From: Holothuria leucospilota
Lineage: Eukaryota
Reading direction: 5' to 3'
DNA length: 64,000 bases
Assembly (NCBI GenBank): GCA_029531755.1
Contig: CM055977.1
Location: 30,430,229-30,494,228, forward strand
The position numbers and the translations under genes were made by a program. Numbering within the stretch: position 1 is the first letter of the stretch; every line of letters begins with the position of its first letter. The notes under the pieces are model-generated. The model ran no database searches. It was given only the letters and a program-made list of their open reading frames with translations, and was not told where the DNA came from. Shown piece after piece: positions 14,194 through 26,029 of this stretch.

Positions 14194-15152
14194 TTATTGC
14201 ATTATCTGATTATGAAAATAATTCCGTTTTGCATTCCTTAAAAGTCTGGTTACTTTATTCCTGGCCTGTCGATACATACTGGGCTCAGAAAATTTTGCCT
14301 TGTTTCTCTGTCTTATTGCCTCAGTAATTTCACTATTAAACCAGTCAGGTTGGAATCTTTTCCTGACTCGTTTTTCCTTGTTTGGAGCATGCTTACTCAA
14401 AACACCCATAAAAATACATTCCCATGCTTGTAAGACTTCATTTGGGTCATTTCCTTTGGGTGAGTCTGGCGAAATATTCAACTGCCAGTCTAAATCTTCG
14501 TTAAAATTACATATATCTATTTTATCAATATTTCTGTATTCAATTGATTTGTGTGCATTAGTCTTGATTTTCATGCTAGAATGCTTCCAAGTAAAGAAAA
14601 TTGGGAAGTGGTCACTAATCGTTATGTCGGAGACTGTTAAATTAACAACACGTCTCCCGTTAGTAGTATAAACGTGGTCTATTAACGTAGAAGTACATTC
14701 GGTGTTACGGGTTGGCAATTTGACTACTTGTGTTAATCCAAGAGACTCAATATCATGTAACCATTTCTTGTTTTCACCATTGAGCAGATTGAGGTTAAAA
14801 TCCCCAATGACAATAATATCTAAATTTGAGTTGCATGGGTTAGTCATCATTTCAAGGAATATATTTGACCATTCAGTTTTAGAGTCAGGCGGTCGATACA
14901 GTACGCACAAAAGAACATTTTTTAAATTACGTAGAGGAATTTCTATCCATAGGGCTTCAATATCATCTTTTCATAATCATTCCTTCTAACACAAGGTACA
15001 CTGCTTTTAACGTAAATGGCTACACCTCCTCCTTGCTTTCCCTTCCTGTCTCTACGAAATATATTATATCCGGGAATGTTTACCTCATAATCCATATAAG
15101 TCTCGTTTAAAAAAGTTTCATTAAGGCAAAAAAATATGGAAATCAGAGTCAT
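14194..15152 (-). CDS. LINE ORF2 segment: apurinic-like endonuclease domain (two frame pieces)
   Basis: DNase-I-like EEP motifs in the translations of 14943-15152 and 14194-14910. Confidence 0.7.
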
Positions 15153-16118
15153 TTTGATATAACAATGCCTGAAGTTGATCTAATTTGTAATAAAGACGAT
15201 TAATATTGAGAAAACCTATTTTTAGTTTATTTTCACATTCTGTTGTGTTTACAGCAAGCTCATTCCGCATAGAAATGTTACTTCAGTTCTTGGAGGGGCG
15301 GGGAGGTGAAAACCCCCATAACCCCTATGGCAATGTTGGAAGTCTCGAGCCCAGGCCTAGCCTCGAGACTTCCCTCGAGGCGGCCATTTTTGAGACCTTC
15401 ATCTCGTACCTCTGGCCTCTGATTTTTTCAGCCGAGGCCTCAATGAGGCCACTGAGCTGTTCAGTGATGCGTAGTAATTGCCCAACGAATAGTTTTTCAT
15501 GCAGTGCTAAATGTATAAGAGTGTTTAATCAGGGGGTTGCTATTTAGAAGGAGATCCATCGGAAACTTTAATTTGTGGTAATCTATTAGATCCACCTCAT
15601 CGTTTACATAGTTTCAATTCATGAGTCAGATTACACACCTCTTTTGTCTGATCCTTTTCAATTGATACGTGATACCCAAGTAAACCTTTTATACACCTGC
15701 TTATACCGTAGCCTATGAATAAGATAAGGAGCAACAATGCTTTGATCCGAAGGTCTTTACCGACAGACAAGTAAGAAACACTGTCTAATAAATCAAAACG
15801 ACTGCTAATTCCCTAAGGAGTCTAGAAAGACTAGCTTATAAGAAGGTCCGTTACACTGGCACAATGCGTAAATGACTGAAGAGAGGTGTGAGACTATAAT
15901 TTGCTTTAAGATTATATTACTTTCCGCAAACTTTCGCAATTTCCGAATGGTAAGTGCATGATCAAAATGTTACATAAAATTTAACTTACCTATCGTGATA
16001 AGCGATGCATCGCGTTGGAAGCTCTGCAAATTAATTTTGAAGGAAAGCGACTGGCAATGCTATAGCATATAGACAAAATTTGTTGACATTTCTTTTCAAC
16101 GTAGCAGACGACATGAAC

Positions 16119-16546
16119 CAGGGGTGGCGCCAGGATTTCCCCGACAGGGGGGCCAAGCTCCCCGACGGGGGGGGGGGGGCCAGCAACCCAAACTCTCAAC
16201 GAAGGAAATAAAGTGCCGAAAGTTTGGTGCGCGAAGCGCGCCGAAAATTTTGGGCTCTTTTTGGAGAAAATTTGAAAAAATTGCTGGCATTTTCCATGGA
16301 AAATCTGAAAAAATGGGGCTTTGAAGAAGAAAATTGGAAAATTTGGGGCTTTTATTGAAGAATTTGCCCTAATTTAGACCAAAATTTAGTAAATCGTCGG
16401 GGCGACTGGGCGTTGTCGGGGACTACATATTTTATCGTATACATAACAGCTCCCCGACGAAACCGAAAAATTTCCCCGACGGGGGGGGGGCAGCCTTCCC
16501 CGACGGGGGGCCATGGCCCCCTGGCCCCCCTCTGGCGCCACCCTTG
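16119..16546 (-). mobile_element. hAT-like MITE, copy B (same family as 8372-8801), intact with 8-bp TSD
   Basis: Reverse complement of copy A along its whole length; termini CAGGGGTGGCGCC / GGCGCCACCCTTG; identical flanks acatgaac at 16111-16118 and 16547-16554. Confidence 0.75.
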
Positions 16547-16737
16547 ACATGAACTTTTTGTTAAATTCTAAAAATAGCTTTAAGCCCATTGTATCTTCAA
16601 GTGCTATGCAAAGCAAGTGACTTTGGCGGCGACTAGGGGGGTACAAAGGGGAGAGCTGCCGTTTTATCTCCTTCTAAATTGCAACTCCCTGGTTTAATTA
16701 TCACCAAGTCTGATATCTAATCGTAATACAGAAGGGG

Positions 16738-16800
16738 TTGCACCAAAGGTGGACAGGGTTCGAGGAGGAGGAGGAGGAGGAGGTCGAGGAGGAGGAGGAC
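16738..16800. repeat. (GAG)n trinucleotide repeat
   Basis: gaggaggaggaggaggaggaggtcgaggaggaggagga; the poly-E/poly-G ORFs at 16738-16970 are artefacts. Confidence 0.85.
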
Positions 16801-19800
16801 AGGGCGGCACAGCCCACTCCCGTCTGGGAGGTCAAGCACACCGTTGGGAAAAATGGAAATTCGTTGGGACTCGGGAGCCAAAATTTGATATCACTAATAA
16901 GGCAAGCTCATCAAAACTGGATGCCAAATTTTCTATTATAGCCTACTGGCATGCAGACTGGCTTTCCTAGCTCGCATATTTTAGCAGAATTGTTGTGGGC
17001 TATTTGTGCTTTTGAGTCGGGTCGGGGTCGAATCTGAAAGACCCGTTGCCCGTTAACGTGCCCATGGGGTTTCGATGAATGTCTTAATCAATGAGATGAT
17101 ACGTACTGAGAGTTATGAGGGTACAGGAAAGGGAAGCAAAATCTAGATGGCAATGTCATGAACACCTCATTTACTGCTTATTTACCTTTAAATCTCTATT
17201 TCTATTGTTTTTCTCTGATTTGTTTCCCTTTCTTTTGTATTCTACCGTGCATTCATTTTTGTGTATGCCTGCGTAGCAGACTGTACTACATATTCCTCGT
17301 TCTGTCATATTATTGAAAGCCTCCAAGAGGAGTTAAAATTAGTATTTATAGGTAAGTTAATTTTACTCGTATTTTATTAGCATATATGTATGTTTATTTT
17401 GAGAATACCGTAATATTACATATATTTTTCCTCAACAATTCACATTTCAGTGAGACTCAGATCACTGACCTTACATGGGTTCAGAAAATCCCAAGCTTCG
17501 TTCTAGCAACCTTGTTTTATAAGCTGCCAATATCGAACCATTTTATGATAGAATTAAATCACTCAATACAAAACTCATTCTCGAACTTCTCCCTATTGAT
17601 ATAACAGTTCAGAATACAACCCTTTCTTATCTAACTACAAACACAAGCCAGGCAGAACAAAGTTAAATTGCCCCTTGATATTATTAGCATTAGAGACTGT
17701 GGAGAATTAGACTTGCTAATTGAGGGAGGGGGTTCCCATAGAATAGGCCTAAGAACTTCCATTCAGAACCCCTGTGAGTAGTCTCATAGCTGATTAAGCG
17801 TGAAAACGAGAGGCTGAAAGGGGGTTCTTGTTCTTATAAGGCTTTATTTGTAGGTTTCGTTGTTTTACATCGATGAGCTGGCTCTATAACTCCCCCGCTT
17901 CTTCAGTTTGTTATAAATTCCACAAACTGTTACCTGCTAACTCTTCACACACATCTGCTCGGCCTCCAGGATACCGCCAATTGTTAGTGCTCTCCTTTTC
18001 AACTGGTTCTCTAGTCCTACGATTAATCTGCCTCTTCATAGTAAGCCCCCCCCCCCTTTTTTTGTATACACGGAGTCCTACACGATTGGTGCTTTCACTT
18101 ATTTTCGTCTCCGTTTGTCATCTCTCTCACTACCTGCACTCTCTCCTTTGACTGATGTATTGTAACACAACTGGCTCTTCTGTCTTGTTCTTACTTTGAT
18201 CACAAGTTTTTCTCTTCAGTTGATCATTATAATATTCCAAATTTGGCAATTTGGCACCTCTGCCACTGAGATGCCTGTAGTATTGGCCTACTGTTGTAAA
18301 ATACTCATAAGTAGGTTATTATTCAACAGTTTACAGCTGCTGTGGTATAGAAATCCTACACCAGTTTTGACATCATTATAGGAATTGCAACTCCATTCAG
18401 AGTTGCAACTAACAGGGCCATGAATACCACTGGAATAAAAAAAGAATGGAGTTGCTCCCTCATAGTGCTTATTAACCTTTAGTGAACAGTACTGCTGACC
18501 ACATAGCTTTAGCCAGAGAACCATCCAGCTGTCAAATGGCCAGCTAACCCCCCACCCCCACCCCCATTGTTTTCTTTTTCGACAAATTACAAAGGTAGCA
18601 TGTAAAGTACAATATGTTTACCTTGATTGTAAGCATCATAGGTGTGGGTGCTAACTGAAACAAATTTTTGTGCCATTTTGGAAAGTTCCAAATTGAAAAA
18701 TCTGAACAGGGTAAGACCCTACTCCCTCCCCCAGTACTACAACCCTCCCACCTGCTGCCAAATGTAAGCTCCTTGATCTGAAAATCCTGGCTAAAGTCTA
18801 TGCAGACCATGCCAACAAGTTTCACCCAATGATTTCCAGCCAAGTATGCTCATCAGCTGCCCCAGAGTTACAACATCACAGATATTGGGAAGACAGCTGT
18901 ACAGCCAGGACCTTTTTCCTGGATCCAACCAACGTATGTCCAGAGAAATACAGTAACAACTTGCTGGTACTTTAGATAATATTCTACATATTTGTTAAGA
19001 ATCATACTGTAATTATCCTACATTGCAATTTTACATTTCTTTCTTGAAATACAATTTCTTTTTACATAGTTTTCATACACAAAAGAACTTTCATTTTAAT
19101 TACATCTTTTAATACCATTTTTTTTGTCTTTGGTGAGACTCTGAATTAAGAGTATTCCTGTAAGTAACTTATCCACCTATTAAGGTCTATGGGGTATTTA
19201 AAGCTAAGAAAACAAAATGTACAGTTTGCCACAATCAAAAGGGGGGGGAGGGGGGGGGAAGGGGGGGAAGAGCTAAGCTTTGTGACCGAAAATTTGACTT
19301 TCAAGAGTCAACAAGCATATTAGCAAGCAAATTATAAACAGCCCTGTTTCAACCTCTACCAAAAAAAATAGGGTACATCTTCTGATTATAAAGCATCCAC
19401 ATGCCAAGTACGTAAAGTGTGCATGCCTCCTGCCTTGAAATATCGTGTTTACAGGGTTTTTATTTTAGACCTCTGGTGACCTCACATGACCTCTGACCTC
19501 CACCAAAAACAACAGGGTTCTTCTTCTCAATATGATAAATCCATATACCAAGAATAAAAGTGTCCATCATTCCTGTCTTGAGATATCGTGTTTACAAGCT
19601 AAGCATCACAAACACATAAATCTGCACACACATACACAAGCCATCATGGCTGCATAGATTCCTTTTGCATTTGGCAAGAATCAACAAAGTGGTTATTTTG
19701 CATAAATTTAATACTTCAATTAAAGATTGTTTTCACATGATTTAAAAGATCTATTCATGAATCAGGATACCCAGGTATCCTACTTAAATTTGGTCTGACT

Positions 19801-20018
19801 ACATTTTCCCTTTGAGCTACATTAAGGACTAAGCCTTTGTCAAGTGGCGTAGTCACCAAAGACTGATTAGTTTTGAAACTAGTGGAGGCTAAATTTCAAT
19901 TCAGCTGGGAGATTGTTTCCTCTCTGGAATGAGCATATTAGGCCTTAAAGTGGAGAGAGATGAAAAGGGTGGTATCAGTTTGTCACAAAGACTAAAAACT
20001 TTGCCAAGTCCACTTACC

Positions 20019-20134
20019 AAAAAGAGTGTAATCTACATCCAACACAAGTAACTTCTTTCCAGGTCTTGGTTCATTCAATACTTCAATTTTGTATTCTTTC
20101 ACTCTCTTTTCTACTTTCTTCAGAAATTCTTCTC
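20019..20134 (-). CDS. UBLCP1: UBLCP1 coding exon 3 (…[39 protein letters not shown]|)
   Basis: Minus-strand translation aligns with human UBLCP1 [41 protein letters not shown]. Acceptor ttttaaatag| and donor |gtaagtgg are present, and the phase is consistent with exon 2. Confidence 0.8.
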
Positions 20135-21777
20135 TATTTAAAATGAAATAACAAAAATTCATTTCATTATCTGATTCATTTCAAATGATAGATCATCTTA
20201 ACAAAGTTTATTACATGCAATAATTTGGATATTCCAAACAAGTCTTCGAAATCTGGAACAATAGGTAACCAAAATAAGATATACACTTAAAGAGAAAAAT
20301 GCTGTGATGGTGGTTTCGCAAATTTTTATGGCTTTAAATTAAAAGAATACATACAGTTTAAAGGTCGTGTGACATGCCACCATAAAGGGCTGTTTCACTT
20401 GTCACTTAAAGAATTAAGTCCTCCAATCAAAGATCCGTTGGAATTATTTTAATATCTTTTACCGTTCTCAAAATATACGTCTTCAAAGTTTGATGGTTTC
20501 TGAAGAAACTAATTACCTATGCAAAAATAATTATGTGGAGTGTTGCACAGTGTTACAATTTCTTTTGTTAACCCTATATAAATTATCTCTTAATTACTGA
20601 TCATATAGATTACAGTTTGGTGAGTGATATCAATATTTTTCAAGGAAAAAATTTTAAGTGTTATAATAAACTCCTCAGGGAATAACAATGCTACCAGTGT
20701 CCTTGAAATTAAGGTTGAAAAAATAAAGGCTAACATGTGCCATATATGGTATGTCCCTCTTTCGATGTCACATATTTGCATATTTAGCTCATATTTATTC
20801 ATGATACAAGTGTGAAATGGAAATTTACCTGTAAAATGGTCAATATTTGATGGATTTTAATGGAAACTGTGGCTATTTTCTGGATTTTTAATGCTTTTTA
20901 CATCAAATATCCAACTATTTTATTTTCATGTCATACGACCTTCAAGCACAAAGAATGAGAACATATTTTTAATGCAAGAGAAAGCAGTTTTAAAGGAATT
21001 TACTCCTTACAAACAAGAGGGAACATTCTTGCTTCATGCAGAGACCTAGCACGTTTAATGCTCACTGGTTTTATTTACATCATGCACAGTGGCTTATCCA
21101 ACTTATGAGCAGAGTGCATGTGCAGCTTCTATAGCGATGGCATTTACACTGTAGGGCCTGCAGATTGGGTATGGGAGGTCAAGCTCTCTCAAAGTGTGAT
21201 GTAGTATTGATGGTGTGAAGCAATATGACCAATCATTAAATAAAAGATTCTTCGCTGACAGAGACCTGCAACCAGTGAACTACACAATTTTACTTTTGCC
21301 CTAAAAATTCGGGGGGGGGGGGGGTTGAAAGGGGCAAATGCCTCTTATGCCACCACCTGGATCAACCAGTGGCTGGGTAACTTTATTTTCAAGATATCAG
21401 ATTCTTTAAGAAAGAAATTCATTGTTTTGTAGCTCATGAATAATTGTTTCACCTTGACTTTTCCATTTTCAAATAATACACATTTAACTGTTGTAAATGT
21501 GTTATAAATACTTCCAAAAGGTAAAGCTATTGCAAGAGTTCATTGCTGGGACTGAATGGTTAAATAATGGTTAACTTTTATGAGTTGAGGAAATTCCAAA
21601 TTTATGTTGGCTGCACACATGGCAGTAAATGAACTTCAAGACCTACATACAACCAGTAAGAATACTTTTCACTTTGAGGAATGGGCTGTGGGGTGGGGTA
21701 TTAGGACCACAAAAGTTGGTATGAATGTCTTGAGACTCAGAGATATCCTAGATACTTGGAGAACTGGCATACTGTAC

Positions 21778-21955
21778 CTTTGATTTGTTTGTATTTCTGT
21801 TTCTTCAAAGTCAAAGTCATCTATAACCTCTCCTATGTCTGCTGGTTTCTCATTTGCTGCGGCAATTGTTTCTTCACATGTACCCATCATCATAATCTTG
21901 GTATTTGGTTTGATCTTTAACTCAGATAACTGCACATCATCAGCTGGAACTTTTC
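21778..21955 (-). CDS. UBLCP1: UBLCP1 coding exon 2 (G [28 protein letters not shown]...DDFDFEETEIQTNQ)
   Basis: Matches human [28 protein letters not shown]...DFDIEDEVVEVEN. Acceptor tttatgttttcag| and donor |gtacagt are present; the split Gly codon joins cleanly with exon 1. Confidence 0.8.
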
Positions 21956-22807
21956 CTGAAAACATAAAAATACCAAGATGCCAGACACAGCACAAGAATG
22001 GAAATCCTGCTTTAATTCCTTTACAATATTTAAATTAATTGTGTATTTCTTTTGCAGAAAGAGTGAAAGATACAGTTACAGTATTATCATGATTATAATC
22101 ATAATATCCCACCTAGCAAAGCCCTTTAAGTCAGCAATAGAACTTAAAAGCACTTTACAAACTTCTGTCTCATTCATTTGAAGTAAAGTGTATAAAATAC
22201 ACCTTCTATTCCAAAGAGTATTACGACACTTAAATAGAGTGTTCGGACACTTGCAGGAAGTAAAAGCCTTCTAAATTTTGCAAACTTTTTGAGCTTTGTT
22301 CACAAGTGTACCTCTTGACCGCCACCTTATGTACAGTAGAATCTGACTTATAAAATCAAAGCTGCTTATCCATCACCCTAAACATGCAGTAAACTGATTA
22401 ACTACATTTCCATTCACAATTGGTGACTGCACTTTAATTGACACAAATTCACACAATAGTTTGAAATATAAGGCACTCTGATTAGTCAATGATAACTTAT
22501 GCAGAACAATGAAATGTGATGTAATGTAGTCCATTGCATAGACAGTTCAACTGTGGAAACATTGTTAGGGAAACAAAGTAGGTATACAACAGTATATATT
22601 CAGCAGAATAGCATAAATGGGCAGTTACACTCACTAAAGGAAAGCTTTGTCTGGAAGGTGTAGTAGACAGATATTGTTTTAAATTGGAGTTCTAGAAATT
22701 GGAAGTAACTTTAGTTGGGAGAATTTTTGACTGCTGGGGATGAATTGGCCCTTAACAATCTGAACAAAACTTTTTTTCAAATCCCATCAGTATCAATGTG
22801 TACTTTC

Positions 22808-23045
22808 TATAGACCCTTTTCTAAATAGTGATTACAAAGGATTGTGGGATACAGTTTTGGTGTGCGTCGTTTTTCGCCACAGTAGATTGCCACTGTCAAA
22901 ACTACCTATAGCAAAACTCTATCCCACAATCCTTTGTAATTGCTATTTGTAAAAGGGTCTATGGCATTTTGCTGTGGCAAAAAATGATGCACACCAAAAT
23001 TCTATCCCACAATCCTTTGTAATTCCTATTGGGAAAAGAGTCTAT
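22808..23045. repeat. Foldback (hairpin) element: inverted arms tagacccttttctaaatagtgattacaaaggattgtgggatac / ctatcccacaatcctttgtaattgctatttgtaaaagggtctatgg, plus third tandem arm
   Basis: Arms 22808-22855 and 22918-22965 are reverse complements; the inner segments gtgtgcgtcgtttttcgccacag/ctgtggcaaaaaatgatgcacac are also inverted; an extra arm copy lies at 23000-23045. Confidence 0.6.
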
Positions 23046-23169
23046 TTGCCGGGCAAGGAAATTACAAATATGAAGTCACCCGTCCTTCTGTTACACAAGA
23101 GTTCCAGTTTGCCACACACTGGTAACTAGTGATCCCCAAGAAAACAGTACATTCAATCTTTTAACCATG

Positions 23170-23590
23170 ACAAGGCCCCCTGGACAATTTCCATCTGGCT
23201 AAATTATCCCTGGGGAACGTCTCCAGACTTCCGGGCAATTCTCACCACATCAATAGACCTTATGCATATGACATCACTGAACAGAAAGTGCACCCTCCAA
23301 TGGAGGCAAGTGCATATTATTGCAACTTTCACCAACAAATCCAGACAGCTGATCTGTGCACTGGTCGGATACACGCATAGACTTCTAACAGTGCAAGCTA
23401 AGTCTACTTCCTGCGTGCAGTGTTCTTCATTGTTTTGCTGCCAAAATGATGTGGCATAACATCAATGCATAAGGTCTATTCCAAATTTTCAGATGGGGAA
23501 GTTGCCTGAGGGTGAATTGTCATAGTTGGGAACTTTCCCAGGAGAAATTGTCGGGGGCGGGGGAATTGTCCCAAAAGGAGTTATTGGGGA
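23170..23590. repeat. Foldback/MITE-like structure with inverted arms (aatagaccttatgcat / atgcataaggtctatt, gacaatttcc / ggaattgtc)
   Basis: 23250-23270 vs 23463-23486 are reverse complements; flanking G-rich inverted segments; ORF 23262-23459 inside is probably spurious. Confidence 0.4.
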
Positions 23591-24739
23591 GGACTGTCAA
23601 GGGAAGGGGAGCTATCTGGGAATCCTCTTTCTTAACATCATAACGTGTCTTCAATGTATTTATTAGGGTCAAAAATATATTTATGAGGAAGACAGAAAGA
23701 TCTTTCATTCTTTCTATTATTTTACTTTTTGTTTTTGCCAAATATACTTCAAATATTTTGGGTAGGCCTTTTACTTTGGTCAAATATTTTGGGTGGATGC
23801 AGCAAACTGGGGCCACTTCAATGATACTTGATAAAGCTCATATTTTAAGTCTACACTTAGTTGTCAACCTCTGTTTTGTTTTAAAAAGAAAAGAATGAAC
23901 TCATATGTGATGAAAAATGGAGTTCATGTGTAATACTTGAACTTCCACAATTCCACTGGCAAATTTTTAGGACAAAGGGCAAACTGGTAAGATGTACAGT
24001 GGTAACTATGTTACGTCACGTCGAACTACATGTAAGATCCACGTGTCAGTATTCACGCTAAGGTGCGTGACTGCGCAATTCCTGCACTGACTTTCTAAGA
24101 CCCGCAACAAAAATAAAATTCCCGCACCTCGTGGCCCACACTTTTTTATTTTCATGCATACTTCATATTAATTTGGAAATGTTGAACAGTTAAGTCATAC
24201 ACTGATCTAAGTTGATCTTAGTATTATTATAGTAAACACTTCGAGGAGTAAAGTATACTGTCTGGTATCTCTGTGAACCTGTTGAGAAGAAGAAAAAATA
24301 ACTGATTTGCTCATTTCGTCGATTTATAAATCCTGGAACCACCCCTAGAATTGGAAATCCTGCCAAAAAAAAAATGGGGAGGGGGACATCCCCCCCCCCC
24401 AGTTTATGGCCCTAGTGTAAACACTGCCATGTGTACATAACAATTGATCTTACGTATGTATCCACATGGCAAATTGATAGCAAGTAAACACTCCGTCCAT
24501 ATATGGATCTACAACATGGGTCATTGATAACCTTGCTACATGAACCATGTCATTTATCTGTACATCTATCGCATGTAGCACAGTAAAGACGATGACTTTA
24601 TTTTAAATATTCCAACCATTTCCATAACATTTGGAAACCAGAATGCAAAAATGCATTGAGGTTTTGATATGTTCTATTCCAAATAATGCCATGATGTCCC
24701 ATATCTTTCAGTCACTGGTCAAGTGCTATCTTAACATGT

Positions 24740-26029
24740 TGGAAAAATAATTTTAGGTTCATATTTGATCTTGGGAATTCTTGGGAAAATTTGCATTTTG
24801 ACTTCTGCTGAACCCATGAGACAATCTTGGGAATTCTTAAAATTTTGCTTTTTGACCCCTGTGACCCCAGATGACCTTTGACCTCCACCAAAAACGAAAG
24901 CATTCATCTTTTCACTATAACGCATCCACATACTGAGTATGAAATCTATCCAAGCTTCCTACCTGGCGATATCATGCTAACAAGGTTTTCAGTCTTTGAC
25001 CCTAGTGACCTCTGATGACCTTTGACCTCCACCAAAAAATGATAGGGTTCATCTTCTTACCAAAACGCATCCACATACTGTACCACGTATGAACTCTATC
25101 CAAGCTTCCTACCTGGTGATATCGTGTTATCATGATTTTCAGTGTTTGACCCCTGTGACCCCAGATGACCTTTGACCTCCACCAGAAATGATAAGGTTCA
25201 TTTTCTCACCATAAAGCATCTACATACTACATATGAATCAATCCAAGCTTTCTAGCTTGAAATATCATTTTAACAAATGTTTTCAAGGTTTGATCCCGGT
25301 GACCCCAAATGACCTTTGACCTCCATCAAAAACAACAGGGTTCTTTCCCTTACCATAACGCATCTACATACTACATATGAAATCTATCCAAGCATCCTAT
25401 CTTGAGATATCATGTTAAAAAGGTTTTCAGGGTTTGACCCCCAGTGACCCCTGATGACCTTTGACCTCCACCAAAAACAATAGGGTTCTTCCTCGTACCA
25501 TAACGAATCTACATTCTAAGTATGAAATTTATCCAAGCTGCCTACCTTGAGATATTGTGTTAACAAGGTTTTCAGCATTTGACCCTTGGTGACCCCAGAT
25601 GACCTTTGACCTCCATCAAAAACAATAGGGTTCTTTCCCTTACCATAACGCATCTACATACTACGTATGAAATTTAACCAAGCTTCCTTTCTTGAGATAT
25701 CATGTTAACTACATTTTCAGGGTTTGACCCCAGTGACCCCAGATGACCTTTGACCTCCACCAAAAACAATAGGGTTCTTTCTTTTACCATAACGCATCTA
25801 CATGCTAAGTATCAAATTCATCCAAGCTTCCTACCTTGAGATATCATGCACACAGGGTTTTCAGATTTTGACCCCCAGTGACCCCAGATGACCTCTGACT
25901 CCCACCAAAAACAATAGGTTCATTCTCTTACCATAACGCATCTACATACTACGTATGAAATTCATCCAAGCTTCCTACCTTGAGATATCATGCACACAAG
26001 GTTTCAGGTTTGCCCCCCAGTGACCCAGA
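24740..26029 (+). repeat. ~148-bp satellite tandem array (~8.5 units), each unit containing GATGACCTTTGACCTCC (perfect DR1 on minus)
   Basis: Clear head-to-tail periodicity of ...gaccccagatgacctttgacctccaccaaaaacaatagggttctt...ccataacgcatctacatactacgtatgaaat.tatccaagcttcctaccttgagatatcatgttaacaaggttttcag.gtttgacccc.gtgacc. The array is cut at 26029 by a TIR-element insertion and resumes at 29963-30075. Diverged units at 19360-19640 and 31600-33150; inverted unit at 46380-46450. Confidence 0.9.

Larger units (their letters stand above)
12363..15152 (-). mobile_element. CR1-like non-LTR retrotransposon (LINE), near full-length APE endonuclease + RT + C-terminal domain, frameshifted
   Basis: Minus ORFs: 14943-15152 and 14194-14910 (APE/EEP endonuclease: ...IVIGDFNLNLL...SDHFPIFFTW); 13171-14148 (RT: FLDLRKAFDLVNHDVL...YGVPQGSILEPLLFLIYINDM...YADDTTF); 12363-13064 (CR1-type C-terminal tail). 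Consecutive ORFs are in different frames. Confidence 0.85.

Noticed and set aside
17440-17640. Possible UBLCP1 downstream exon on the minus strand (EKFENEF…NSIIKWFDIGSL…NKVARTKLGIF resembling [35 protein letters not shown])
   Set aside because: Similarity is weak and the spacing is inconsistent. Two in-frame stops fall within 40 codons, and there are no acceptable splice sites giving the required phase.
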